This document shows positions 33,372-46,780 of a stretch of 64,000 bases of DNA, one piece after another. The DNA comes from Pseudogymnoascus verrucosus (Eukaryota), in assembly GCA_001662655.1 (NCBI GenBank), contig KV460276.1; one strand, 5' to 3'. Each line of letters opens with the position of its first letter. Position 1 is the stretch's first letter. The translations under genes were made by a program, and so were the position numbers. Under the pieces are notes generated by a model. The model was not told the DNA's origin. It did no database searches and saw nothing but the letters and a program-made list of their open reading frames with translations.

Positions 33372-36300
33372 TTACGCCTTCACGGCGACGGGCTCGGTAT
33401 CACCAGCCCCAGTGTCATCTTCGGCGATGCTTTCCGCCGCGATCTCGTTAATGCCCTCCTTGCCTTCACCCTTGATGCTCTCGCCATGCTCGTATGATAC
33501 ACGGCGCCATCCGCACTCCTCGCTAGGATCCTTGATCCACTCCATCGTCGCGAAGTAGTGCTCGTTCTTCTTCATCGTACAGATCCAGGGGACGTTGTCG
33601 AACGTCATGCACTTGAGGCGGAAGTCTGAAAGAAAACGTTAGCAACAGAAACAACAGACAAGAAAGGTTAGGGAGGCTACTTACAGGTATTATCCGGAAT
33701 CCTCACGACCTCACGAATAAAGGCCTCCAGATCCGGTGTCGCAACACCATTAACAGCAGTGATGAAGTTCGTCGGCGCAAGCCCATACTGGTACGCCGGG
33801 CTACCCCTCGTGCGTGCACTAACATACACCTCACTGTGCAACTTGCTGATCTGCTGACGCACAGCCAGATGGGGGCGGTGCAAGACGGCACCACAGAAGT
33901 TGACTGCGCGGTCAGTCTCCACATCGTGCGCTGCGACCGTGGGAACTGCAACGTGCATCTCAACACAGTCACGGACGATGACGGCGTCGAGCACCTTGCT
34001 GTCGTACATGACATCTAGCTCCGAGACGCGGGTGACGATATTCCCGTTGAGTGTGAGAATGACGTCTCCCTCCTGAAGCGCATGCGAGTCCTGATCACGC
34101 TCAAAAGTGCGTTTGCGCACCATGAAAAGCTGGTGATGCGCGGAGTTAGCCGCAGCGACGTTCTTAATCCACGACTCTGAGACGCCCATAATGCGCGCCT
34201 GCGACATCTGGATAGCATTGAACTCTACGCTGAGCATGCGCAGTTCCGGGGTGACGCCGGCCTGGATCTGCTTGATGACGGGGAGTAGGGTTGGGGTGGC
34301 CATGCCGAGGTGGTAGTCGCTGTCTTTGTTTGTGGTGGAGGAGCGCTCGCCGAGGTATGTGAGCCAGAGGGCTTGGACGGTGCCGTCTTCGGCGACGAGG
34401 ACGCCGCTGCCACATTGGCCGCTTAGGCTTGTGTCGACGGTGATGGCGTCGAGGTTGACGGCGCGGTAGCGGGGGGCGCCGGCGTTGGCGGGGATGGCGA
34501 CGGCGGTGATGTCGGTGACGGTTGTTTGGGCGACAACGATGCGCATATTTTGGTTGAAGCCGATGAAGTACGTTGAGGCACCCTGCTTGATCTGTTCGGT
34601 GCTGAGCTTGGCGCTCTTCACTGGTGCGTCCACGAGCGATGGGTCATATTTGATGATGGCGTAGTTTTGTAGGGGGTGCATGAAAACAACCTTGCCGTCA
34701 ACAATGATTGAATCCGCAATAGTGATGGAAATGTCGCAGAAGTCGTACGGCACAACCGCGCGGGAGATGATGACAAGACCCTTCTCAGCATCGAGCACGA
34801 CACCCATGCCCCACTTGCGGTTTCGCGGGAAGCCGTCCAGCTTAACTGGCATATGGCACGCAACACGCACAAAGCTCTTGACTAGCTCTGCAGCGGCTGG
34901 GTGCGTCGGGTTATCGAGCTGGATGAAGCTCGCGCTGCGGGGAACAGGCGGCAAGGCCGGTAGGGCCTCCGCGAGATCGCTGAAATCCCATAGTCCAGTG
35001 TTATCGTTTCGTACTGCCAAGCGCATCTTACTCGACCAGTGACGGTCAATGTAGAGGATGCTTGTGTTGAGGGTGTGTAGATCGCGTAGATGCTTGTATG
35101 TGACAACAACGCGCGAGCGGTCCGGGATGCCCTTCATGACTTCAATGAAGGTTGCCAGGTCCGGCGTTTTCTTGTGATCCACCGACTGTACGAGCCATCC
35201 GGAATCAGTGCCCTCAAACTTGAATGATCCCGTGGCCTCGCAGATGAAGACGCCCTTGCAGGCGACAGCGTAGAGGCGAGCCTGCTGGTACGACAGGTCG
35301 TGGAAACTGGCGCCAGCAACGGAGATGAAGCGATCCGGAGTAATCTTGTGCAGATCCCCAACAGCAAGTTCAACCTCGATATCCTCACTGCCACGCTGTA
35401 TGACAAGCTTGACACCCTGCCCGACATTCGAGTCGAGAATATCATCCAGCCTCACAAACTGCGTCAGCAGCTCCCCATTGACCTTCAGCAAGATATCTCC
35501 CTCTTCAAGCTTCGTATCCGACGGTCCCTCCGGAAGCACAATCTCAGCGACCAGCATTCCCGTCTCCTTCGGGAACTCCGCGCGTATCTTTGCCTCCCAT
35601 TCCGGCGTCAGCCCTAACCTCCGGCACTCGTCGAACGGCTTCAGCATCCATTGACACTGAATCGTTCCTCTTGTGATCGGCAGGCCCTGCTGCAAGCACT
35701 CCAGCGCCCGCTTCGGCCTCGACACAGGCAGAAAGTAATCTGTCGCGGCGCCGTCCGCTCGCCCACCCGCCTGCAACGCCACAGCGAACCCATCGATATT
35801 CACAACAGGCGACCCCGAACTACCACCACTAGCCGCAGCAGCCGCTTGGATATAGTTGGTATTGAAATCGCTGTATCCCTCTCCGTACTCCGGAGCATTG
35901 CGATCGAGTCGACTGATGACACCAGAGAGGATACTCAGTTTCTCACCCGCATCGTTACCCACGACCCTAATCTCCGCGCCCACCTTTGCCAAGTCCGGGC
36001 GCAGCTCCAGCGCCGCAACGGGCATATACTTGATAGCCTTCGGGTCGAATCTCAGGATCCCAAAATCGTGCACCGGGTCGCGGTAGACGGGGTATGCATC
36101 GACCTCCTCGTGGTTATCGAAGACGACGTAACCCCAGAACGGGCCCGAGCCGACGACGTGACGATTCGTGAGGATGTATCCGCGCTCTGCGTCGACGACG
36201 AAGCCGGTCGCCTCGCTGGTGAGGGCGGGGTCCGTGTCGAAGGCGCAGGTCTGGCAGAAGCGGATGGAGACAACGTTTCGGACGACTTCCTCGATGGTAG

Positions 36301-36727
36301 CTTGCCACTCGGCGCTGTCGGCTGGGGCGACGATGCCGATGCGGTCGTCGTCTTCCTCTTCCATCTCCATCTCCATCTCGTCTATGGGCGAGGAGGAGCC
36401 TAGGTCTGGTGTGTTCTCTCCGACGGACTCTTTGCCGTTAACCGCGCGGTGCAGCTTCTGTGGTCGCTCCGGGAGCGGCGCAGCGTGCTGCTTGCGTTTC
36501 GAGCGAGTCGAGCCGTGCATCGTCATCTTTTTGAAGTGTAGTGTTGGGGAGGAGTGTATGAGTCGGAAGGCTGAAGGTGAGAGGGCGGTTTTATGGGTCG
36601 AGGAGGCGAACTTGTCAAAAATGCTGGTGGATGAGTAAATGCGTTGATAGGTCGTCAAAGGGCGATAGGCAGCTGGGAAACTCGTCAATGACTGTCGTTT
36701 CAGTCGAGCGCATACGGCTCTATTCAT
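33372..36727 (-). CDS. NMA111: Nma111/Ynm3 HtrA-like serine protease with PDZ domains (intron about 33682-33626)
   Basis: Catalytic motifs [17 protein letters not shown] and [10 protein letters not shown] second, degenerate protease domain and PDZ domains follow. The last exon reads [14 protein letters not shown]...KKNEHYF. Confidence 0.95.
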
Positions 36728-37029
36728 CCAGCATATGATGAAAGCGTCTAGGGGCGAGATGAGCAGTCAATGGGCGCGGATTGTTGAATTTTAACTGTGA
36801 GGTTACAACAAAGCTCACAGGTTACGGTACATGTAAGGCTGCTGGTTGTTTTCGTCGCATGGCCCAAAAACAGAATGTGGCGTGAGGAAGTGTGGCTGGT
36901 GTGAGGTGTGGCTGGTGGCCATATATTCCAGGCACAACAAACCAAACCAAGCCAGATCAACAGACCCGTATGAATATAACTCAGCTGAACACATATTTGT
37001 ACTCACCAGCCTCTTAACGTCCCATCCAC

Positions 37030-37100
37030 ATTCACAGTGACTATACCATCAAGTCTAGATTCACAGTCACTATAACATCAAGTCCACATTGATAGTCACT
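37030..37100. repeat. Short 29-bp degenerate tandem repeat (about 2.4 copies)
   Basis: ATTCACAGTGACTATACCATCAAGTCTAG / ATTCACAGTCACTATAACATCAAGTCCAC / ATTGATAGTCACT. Confidence 0.7.
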
Positions 37101-37837
37101 CGCACGTCACAGTCACAACTCAAAACCTCTCATACCAGCCAGACAAAGCCAGCCACCCAGCCTCATAATCACAAAAACAGAGATCTCTTGAGCTATCGTA
37201 GCAATTACACACACGTCCTCACCACTCAAGCACCCTCCCCCTTCCCATCCATTGCATTTTCAAGGGCTCCACAAAACGTACAAAAAAAAAAGAGAAAACA
37301 AAAAAAAGCAGAGGTAGTAGTTAGTTAGCTAAAGAAGCACAAGCAAAAATAAAACAATAAAACAACGAAAAAGGCGATCCCGGGGGTCCCAGGGAAGCAA
37401 GTCGGGTTAGAATAGCAGCGAGAAGTGGCAAGGGCCAATATTAATTCTTCGTTTTCCGTGAAGACAACAAGAACAGCCCCGTCTCTTTTTTGTTGGAGGA
37501 AGACGCAAACGTCTCCTCCTCCAAGTTTCTATTCCACCCCGTGTGTCCCCCCCGCCAAGTGCCTTTTCATCGCGCCCGCCTATTCCGCCTGGTTCCAGTA
37601 GAGAGTGTTGAGAGAGGGAGAGCAAGGTTTAAGAAACTGGTAAGAAGCATGCCGCAGAACAGGGCCTGGGGGGAGCTGAAATTGCGCCCCGCGTAAGATA
37701 CACCTCATTCGCCGTCGTCATTCGAGGAATTAATGTCGCTTGAAAAATTACAAGGAACAAAAAGAAGAGTGTGTCTGTTCGTTTCGTTATGAGATCGAGA
37801 TTGTCGACGGTGTGCGAGATGCAAAGACGGGTATCCT

Positions 37838-39268
37838 TTAACGCAGCGAGAACTTGTTCCTCTTGCCCTTCTCTTCCAGCGGTCGCCCGCTCTCGATCCG
37901 GGACTTCTTCTCCTCGAGCTCCATACGTTGGCGCTCGAGCTGCTCCTTCATTTCGCGATGGCGAGCGTATAGCTCCTCCTCGCTCTGCCTCAGTTTGCTC
38001 TCCTTCTCGGCAACCTTCTGCTGGAAGACCATCTTCATCTCTGCCTCCATCTTGGCGAGCTTCTGCTCGTGCAGGCTGCGCTCCTCCTCTTGCTTGACAG
38101 CGGGGTTGACCTCCTTGAACACGCTGGGGTCCTGTGCAACACCCATACCAGTGAGCTTCTCGGAACGGTAGTTCTCGTAGAGCGCGTTGTTGGTGTGCTC
38201 CTTGAGCTCCTCCATGTGTGTGCGGATGAGCATTTGGCGGAGCTTGACGAAGTCGCAGTGCTCCTCGTTGTCAACCTCAATGATACCCCACGGGTAGCGA
38301 CGTCCGCGGACCTTGCGGCCATCGGCGCTGGTGATCTCGGCGGTAGCTCCGACAACTGCGAAAGGAACCTTGGACAGGATCTCGTTGTTCTCGGCAATCG
38401 TCTCGTCGTCATCGAGCTCGTAACGGGGACCCTCGAAGATCTGGATGTCGTGGTACTTGATATCGGCAAGAATCTAAGAAAAGTCAGTTAAGCCCGCATA
38501 CCAAACAGGAGTACAGAAAATCGTACCCTGGCCTTGAAAGCAGCAATCTCCTCGTCGGTCAAGGTATCAGCCTTGGCGATGACTGGGATAAGGTTGACCT
38601 TGGTATGAAGTCTGCGCATAACCTCGATATCAAGTGGCTTGAGGGAGTGGCCAGTTGGCTGGAGGAAGTAGACGCAAGCGTGGACGCGGTTGTCAACGAT
38701 GTTCATGCGGTTGACCTTGTTCTCGGCATCGAGGTAGGCGTCGAAGCGCTGCTCGATGTTATCGACGATTGGTCTCCATGACTCGTCGTTGTTGACGAAG
38801 TCACCAAATCCAGGGGTATCAACAACAGTCAGGCGAAGACGGACGCCGTTCTCCTCAATATCCGCGCTGAGAGACTGGATGGCAACAGTCTTGGGGATGA
38901 TGTCGAGGCTGGGTCCCTTGCGCTCGCGGGGAGGGTATAACGAGGTGTTGAAGAGAGTGTTGACCAGAGTCGACTTTCCGAGACCAGATTCACCTAGAAA
39001 TTATTAGCTGGTCGTTCCGATCCTCGTATTTCCCTGCGAGGGTCAACCTACCAACAACCATAACGTTGAAGTTGAAGCCCTTGCGGACACTCTTGCGGTG
39101 CCATTGATTCGGCAGGTTTGCGAATCCGACGTAACCAGTGAGCTTTCTGCGGACAATGTTGCGCATGTCGCTGGCCTGCTGTGCGGCAATCTTTGGGTCG
39201 CTGGATGCGACGCTCTGAGGCATCTCAAGCGGAGGAGAAGCTCCCTTGGGAGTCGTGGCAGCTTCCAT
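37838..39268 (-). CDS. CDC3: Septin, Cdc3/AspB class (2 introns; an extra upstream exon cannot be excluded)
   Basis: [61 protein letters not shown] and GRRYPWG motifs, plus a C-terminal coiled coil ending KFSLR. Confidence 0.93.
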
Positions 39269-40055
39269 ACCGAAGGTAGCAATTGAGCAGTATGAAGTTC
39301 GAGTTTGAGGTTATTTCAGCAACGTGGCTGTTGGGGTTGTCGATGCTGGAATTGTTGAACGAACGAGTTGCTTTCGACTTTTTGGCTTGAGAGTTGGAAA
39401 GGGCGCTCGGAAATGATGTGGATGTCGCGTATTGGGAAAGGAGAGGTCCCTTGGTCCCCTGGTTCTTTGGTTGCTGTGGTCTGCCGTAGTTTGTACCTTT
39501 TAGGAGGGATTGTCACACTAATTTCCCTGTTGTCCATACAAAATGATAGGTACCACGGCGCCCAAAGCGGTAAGGCGCGGTCGCGGGTGAAAAGGGGAAA
39601 TGGCTCTAGGCACGTTTAGGGAAGTAAATCGGCCGTCACGTGGTTTCACCAAACAGACCGGGGAAATGCTTGGTTGGCCAAGGAAATATCCGGAAAGGGA
39701 AAGGGGAGGAAGTTGTGAGACGGTGGATAGAAGATATATTGTTATTATTTTATAGGTGAAGGTGAAGGTTCAGGCGATAGCTATGACAGGTGGGTTTCTA
39801 TTTATGATTTTAATATATATTTTATTTCTTTTTAGAGGCTAAAGATACGGTTCCTATTAAAAACATCCGATTTCTTAGAGGAAGCTGTGATACGGTAGAT
39901 AGATATATTACCATTTAAAAAGATCTACGCGCTATTGTAAGTAAAGGTTTGGGTGATATTAATTATAAATGATTTGCTGCGAATTGTATTAGTAATGTTC
40001 TTGTTTTTGTCTCGGATAGCTAAGGTACAGACCCTTATATGAATATTATAAGTAT

Positions 40056-40410
40056 ATTTATCAAATACTATTATTCTCGATCGAATATTCATGTTTAAAT
40101 CAGCCTTTAAATTCCCTAGAAAATAGTACCATTATCAATTATTATTATTTCATCTCTAAATCCGCTTTTAAATTCCCAAAAAGACAATACCGTTATCAAA
40201 TATTATTATTCTTACTCGAATATTCATCCTAAACCCACTTCTAAGTTCTCCAGCAAATAGTATTGTTATAAAATATTATTATTCTCTTAAATACGCATCT
40301 TCAAATCCGCAGTTAAATTCCCTAGAAAATAGTTTTGTTATGGAATATTATTATTCTCTCTCGAATATTCTCTAAATCTGCTTTCAACCCCCTAGAAAAT
40401 AAATGCTATG
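40056..40410. repeat. AT-rich degenerate minisatellite, about 5 units of 61-74 bp
   Basis: Anchor TA(T/C)TATTATT at 40066, 40140, 40201, 40274 and 40346, each followed by ...AAATCCGC...AAATTCCCTAGAAAATAG-like sequence. Confidence 0.8.
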
Positions 40411-40523
40411 CTAATATCCCCCCCCCAAACTCCAAAAACACGCCCATCCACTCTATTATATATTATTCCTCTCACTTCCCTTCTTCCAACCCCCTTCCAT
40501 GCATAACCCCCTATCATACACGC

Positions 40524-42342
40524 TCAGTGCATCGCAAACTTAGATCTCGCCCTCAACTTCGCCCCAAAAACCCAAAGCAAGAAAATCCCCACAATCCCAA
40601 TAACACTCAGTCCACCCAAAAGACTCGTCCCCCTCGCGACGCCCAAATTCTTATAAAGCGGATGCGCATACAAGATCGACGCACACGCCGACGCGCTCCT
40701 CAAGAAATCGTTGCCCGCGAACAAACTAGCCGCGTACTGCGGGTACGACATCGGGACGTAGGTGAAGATGCATTGCATGACGATGAAGACGCTGGCGCCG
40801 TAGAGGACGATGCCGATGGTGGGGGCGACCCAGGTGATGTCTGGTCGTGCGGTCCACTGATAGAGATTAACTTGTGTTCTAGTTTCTGGGATGGAAAGGG
40901 GGACTTACAGCAAAGATGAATAAACCGATAGTAGGACCAAAGCAGGCAAACAGGGCAGGGACGAGATTATGCTCCTGTGCGCGCAGACCGTTCTTGATGA
41001 TGTCGGGGATGTGGTAGAAGTACAGGTATGCGGAGTAGATGGCGACGCCGATGAGGCAGGCGATGAGGATACAGGTGAAGAGGACGCCGATGATGCCGAG
41101 GCTGAAGCCGTAGTAGACTGGGTAGACGAGGGGAAAGACTTCGAAGAAGGAGTAGTAGATTCCGTAGATAATGGCCGTGTAAACGTTGACGAAGAGGATA
41201 GCGGGGTCCTTGATGGTAATCTCCATCGGCTTAATGAGAGCATCGACAACAACCTCCCGTGTAGAGAGCTTGGCCTGGTCAATCTCGCTCTGTGCCATGA
41301 GTCTCGACTCCCCAGTGAGCTTCCTCAGACGCTCAGCTCTGCGGAGAAGAATATTCGGCGTGCTAGTCTCTGGAAGCACCGAGAACATAAGAAGCAGAAC
41401 CGGGCTCGCAGCCCAGATGATCTCGTACAAACTCCACCGCCACGACTCAGCTCCAACCGCGAATCCACTGAGAAGCGGACCGAGAGCCGGACCGCAGTAG
41501 GCTGCTGAGACCCAGGCGATGAGAGCGTAGGGGAGGTAGAGCATTGATACCATGTCGCTCATCGTCGCGGCCCCGGTTGCCAGACAGGGGGATCCGAAGA
41601 AGCCCTGGAGGAAGCGGAGGACGAGGAGGCCGGCGAAGTTGTTAACCAGCGCGGTGGGGATGGAGATAATAGTGAAGATGAACATGGTGACTAGGTAGAC
41701 AGGCGACCTTCCGATCCTTGGGATCTCGCTGAGGGGCGAGAAGACGAGGGGGCCCATGCCGTAGGCGAGGACGTAGAGAGATAGGGGTAGCGAGGCGTCG
41801 ACTTCGGAGATGTTGAATTTCTCGATCACCTGCGGGATGCTGGAGGTGTAGATGGCGGAGCCTGTGTAGACGACGAATGTGTAGAGGCAGATCAGGAGGC
41901 CGACCCAGGATTTCTTGCCCATGGACCAGTTCTGTGGGTTTGCTGGGTCGTCGGTGGAGTACCAGTCGACGAGGACTAGGCCGTCGGCTGTCTTGACGGG
42001 GTAGATGGGCTTGCTTGCAACGCGCTCGATGGCGTCTTGGATCTCGGTCTCTAGGCGTTCTTGTGTGAACTGGCGGGTATCTTGGCGGGAAAGGGTGCGT
42101 TGGAGTTCGATGTCCTGGTTGAAGGATTCGGAATCCGGAGTGGAATTCGACTCATCGCTCTCCTTTTTGAGTTGCTTTCGGCTGATGGGCCGTTCGATTG
42201 GGGCTTTCTCTGATCTGAGGACGGCATTATATGATTCTGGTAACTCGAAGCCGGGAAGCTCTTCGGGATAGGGGAAGAGACGGTTCTTTGTGGCCCATCT
42301 TAGGAACTGGCCCAAAGGGGCCTCTCGTATAAGGTCCGACAT
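40524..42342 (-). CDS. MFS drug:H+ antiporter, DHA1 family (Flr1/Caf5/Mdr1-like), 1 intron about 40908-40858
   Basis: LVDWYSTDDPANPQNWS, PLSEIPRIGRSPVY, RFLQGFFGSPCLATG, GPALGPLLSGF, LPETS and YAASLFAGNDFLRS. Confidence 0.93.
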
Positions 42343-43621
42343 GATAGTCGTGTATATGTTGGGTATAATGCAATGAAGAAATTATTAGGTAGAGTTGTAG
42401 CAAATGCTACTAGCTCAAGAGTTTGCAGGGAGGCAAAGGGAGACGGAATGAGAATTGGAGCGAGCTTGAGAATGAAAAGAAGAGAGACATGATATGGCAA
42501 TGAGACTGATATATATACAAACCTTTCTCACCGTTTCTGCATTCCACGGACATAGATTACTAAACTCCAGCCTTACAGTCTGATACACATCAAACTCTGA
42601 GTGGAGATAATGCGTGTCTCCGTAGCTGTGCTTTCGATGTCGTTCGGCTGACCAATACACATCTTGAAAAGGAGATGATGCCATGTGGTGGTAGAGCTAA
42701 CAGTTAGTGGGTTGGCGGCTGACGGTACGTTAAAATCTACCGGGTCTGCAGCATCTGTATCATCTATTGGACAGTTTCAAGATGACAGTGGATAGAGAGT
42801 GAGGGTGAGTCAGGGAGACTAGGGAGGAAGAGAACCGTGTCGGCGGACGGGTTTAATGGGTGGGTTTAGTGATCAGAGTTAAATTTGGGTAGTGGAAAAG
42901 TTAATACCCATGGCTTGCTCGGTTTAGCCTATGGTCGAGTAGGGGAGTTAGGGTCCAACAGGGCCAAAAGTGAGAGATAGTGGCTGACAAATGGAGGATT
43001 CTATACGTACGAGTAACTACGTAGTGAGAGCTAGAAGCGGGCATACAAGAATGTTATAGGGTACTATAAAAATACTGTACAAGATAACCTGGTAGAGCGA
43101 ATCAAGATGGTTGGATCTTGATCACTGATCACTAATGCACGCTTCGTCAGTGAGAATCCTTAAGTCCGTTAATAAGCAGAGTCTGCATTTGACGACCAAA
43201 CGACTAGCCACTAGGAAAAAAAACTAGATGACGACAATGGTACGAAGAGTACATTTGACACAGTGTATACGTCGCCAGAAATAGAGGTATTGATACCGAA
43301 ATGCCTCAAAATTGGGACCGCTTGTCGTTGGTTTTAGAGGACGCCCGGACCACTCTTAATAATACAACGGAGTCTAGACCTAATTAAGACTAGCGTGATA
43401 TCTATTCTTTCCGCCGTTGCGGTGGGGGGATCTTTAGAGTCCCGGAATCTTTGTTCCTCCCGCTCCGTCCTCAGCCTTTTCAGCCTTGCGCTAGTCTCCT
43501 TCCTCCTGTCAACTATCAACCACTCCCAGCCCTCTGTATCTCGGCGGGGCAAGAAGCTCACCTACGAACAGCAGAACGGATTAGCAAACCTCCCCTGCTT
43601 ACCCCCCCATTGCTCCCCAGG

Positions 43622-45272
43622 ATGGGCAGAACCGACGAGTTCCTCTCGTCCATCTCTGGCTTCCTCCGCGCCAAAGATGCAGCCCAGCTCCAGCAATGGC
43701 TCGTGGTTGAGCCACCCCTCGCCGATGCTTACGCCGAGCTATCCAGGGAGCTCAAGACCATTGACATTGAGAAGGCGGTGGACAAGATTGATAATGACGA
43801 TGCATGGCCGGGTTTCATTGCCTTCATGAACCTCTACCTCGACTTCTTCCGCCGCGTCGATTATGGGAACCTCATGGAGACACATACCCAGCTGAGCGCC
43901 CTTGTCAAGTGAGCCCTGCCCCCGAACCCCAACAGAAGACTGCAAGGCTGACATATACGAATAGCTCTTGCATCACAGCCATGTCGAATGCGTCATACGG
44001 CATCCTTGTCCTTCCCACCACCATCCAATTATGCACAGCGCTAGCCACACTAGCTATGACTCTTGATAAGCGGCCCGATTTGACACGTCGCTGGCGCGCG
44101 GCGGACGACGGCGAGGCTCGGAAGACGTTGGTTGAGGGCACGGCTGAGTCGATACAGCGGGCTTTCACTATCTGTCTCACGGAGCGGACTTCAAACCGCG
44201 ATGGCGTCAAGGATGGAAAGCCAGAGGGGAAGAAGGTCGGCATCTACTCCTTCGCCAACCTCGTCCTCAAGCTCCTGTTTCGTGTGAGTACCCCCCGGAC
44301 CTATCTTCTCGAATCACATGCTAACCCTCCACGCAGTGTCAAAAGACCCCACTCGCCGAACAGCTCTTCACAAACATCATGCAGAACTCCCCACCACTAG
44401 CACTATACCCCGCCTCCCACCGCGTCACCTACCTCTACTACCTAGGTCGCTTCCTTTTCTCCAACACCCACTTCTACAAAGCCCACCTCTGCCTCCAATC
44501 CGCCTACACACAATGCCACGCCCAATGCATCAACCAACGCCGCAACATCCTCATCTACCTCATCACCACATCCCTCATCCTCGGCCGGCACCCCTCACCA
44601 GCTCTCCTCGCCCGCCCTGAGGCTTCCACACTCCTTCCTAAGTTCGCACCCGTAATAGCCGCAATGCGCACCGGCAACCTCGCCGCCTACCGTCACGCCC
44701 TCGGCCCCACATCACCGAACCACGCGTGGTTCCTTCGCAGGGGCATCCTCCTCCCCCTCCTCTACCGCGGAGACACTCTCGTGTGGCGCTCTCTGGCCCG
44801 CCGCTCCTTCCTCCTCACTTACGACGCCCCCGCCGATACGACAACCCGAAAAGCGCCAACGCTAGACCTACACGCCCTCCTCCTCGCCGCGCAACTCTGC
44901 CAGCGCACACTCGAAGCCGAAGCAGCGCGGCAGGGGCGCAAGTTACAGCCGAGCATGGGCCTGATCAGCGGATCGCTGATGCCTGATATCTCCGACGTGG
45001 AAGCTATAGTTGCGAGTCTTGTGGCGCAGGACCTACTGCATGGGTTTGTCAGTCATAGTCTAAAGCGTTTTGCGATTTTGGGGGCGAAGCAGAAGGGTGG
45101 ACCGCTGGCAGCGGGGTTTCCGGCGCCGTGGGGGGTTATGAAGGCGAGGGCTGCGACGGCGACGGCGGGGGATGTGCCGGGGTGGGTTAGTGGGAGTGGT
45201 GGGAAGACGCAGGTTAGGATGGGAGGGGTGGTGAATTTGAGTGGGATTGCGAGGCCGGTGGGGAGTGGATGA
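43622..45272 (+). CDS. CSN12: PCI-domain protein Csn12/PCID2-like (introns about 43909-43963 and 44283-44335)
   Basis: AFTICLTERT...GKKVGIYSFANLVLKLLFR, PPLALYPASHRVTYLYYLGRFLF, and a winged-helix end DVEAIVASLVAQDLLHGFVSH. Confidence 0.8.
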
Positions 45273-45608
45273 GGGGGGGGGGATGATAAAATTAGTGTAT
45301 GATAGCGTGATGATGTGAAATGAGATACCCGGAATATATATGTCGATATAGGCAGCCATTTTTTTTTGGAAGATAGTAGGGTCTGCTCCTTCCGTAATTA
45401 TGATCCATGTATCCTTCCTTCATTTCTTCCTTTTGTCGGATACGTAGAAGAAGCTCTATGAGCAGGTAGAATCCTAGGCGAGCGCAGAGAAGCTTGAAGA
45501 GCTCGCCGCCGACGCTGGCAAAGCATCGCAAAAGCTTGCGAGTAGCGTCGAGAAGTTAGCAAGCGCAGAGAAGCTTCAAGAGGTTGCCGCCGACGCGGGC
45601 AGCAGGGC

Positions 45609-45726
45609 TCTACCGACAGCATTGCTATGTTGACAACAGAATTCTGTCGACAGCAGGGCTCTACTGACAACGAGAGGCCTGCTGTCGACAGAATTCTGTT
45701 GTCGACATAGAAATGCTGTCGATAGA
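45609..45726. repeat. Fold-back hairpin: about 54-bp inverted repeat with a 10-nt loop, preceded by short direct repeats (45480-45620)
   Basis: Left arm TCTACCGACAGCATTGCTATGTTGACAACAGAATTCTGTCGACAGCAGGGCTCT (45609-45662). Right arm AGAGGCCTGCTGTCGACAGAATTCTGTTGTCGACATAGAAATGCTGTCGATAGA (45673-45726). There are 4 mismatches. Confidence 0.9.
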
Positions 45727-46780
45727 ATCATCTCCTACAAGCTCGCGCACTAAGCACCCAGCGATGCAGAACTCGTGTGTATATTCCCGCTATAAGCCAT
45801 CCCTAGCCCGAGCTGCGAATGATGCAATCATGACTATGCTTAGTTAGCGACAGATGAGGCTAAGATGGAGATGGAGGTGGTCTCTCTGGATAAGGCTGAG
45901 TTATGCGATATCTAATAACTTTGAGCACCTATTCTACAAGGAGTAAACAACAGTGTCTGAAGCCAACAGCAATCGCGCAGCTCACTTTTAGGAATATGAA
46001 GCACTTCTCCACTACTGGAACTGAGTATCTTGGCGAAGTTTGAGCTGGCTTTATCAAATTACGATTAAACAGCCCCATATAATTACGCTCGAGCTCAATT
46101 AGCACATGGAGACCCATCTAAACCACCCCTCCCATCACACACATCAACTTCCAAACTTCCACCTTCATATCAACAAACTCCTGGACCCCAAACCCTCGCA
46201 TACAAACTATATGCAAGCCTCGGACCTGCGGAATCCTTCTCAAGGACCTATATTTTGCCGATCCGCACCCTAATTACCAGCCATCCCCAAGAAAATGAGG
46301 GGAAGAGCTTACCGTAATTGACCTAAAGGCACGGCTAAATGCGCAGGCATCGGCGTCGGTGGACTGTTGCCGTTGGGCAATATATATCGGCAACGACGAT
46401 TGGTCAATGGAGGCGTACCTACCTTGCCTCCGCGGTGCCTATATGAAGGATAATCTTTCGATTCCAGATTGCGGCTAGATTATTATAGCATCGTGCGCTG
46501 TGGGACCGGTGGAAATGGGGGATTTGCTTCCGAGATTCTTGGATTGCCTGTGGTAGGTTGGGAAATATGTTATGTGCGGCTACTGATGTAGGGATTATGG
46601 CGGGATAAGGTGAGGAAGGGTATTTACTTTATATATCGTTGCGTCCCCTCATTTCCTGTTTACTGTTGTTCTGCTCGTCAGCGTCGTATCTGTCACATAC
46701 TCCTCTCACAGTCAATTCCTGGAGTTCGGCTTTCCTGTACTCGTTTCTGTCAAGTTTTGTTCTAGAAAAGGCTTTACAAG

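Noticed and set aside
40056..40410. CRISPR-like or coding interpretation of the AT-rich array (including ORF 40335-40919)
   Set aside because: Whole units are homologous, so there are no unique spacers. The ORF is mostly antisense to the MFS gene and has no recognisable motifs.
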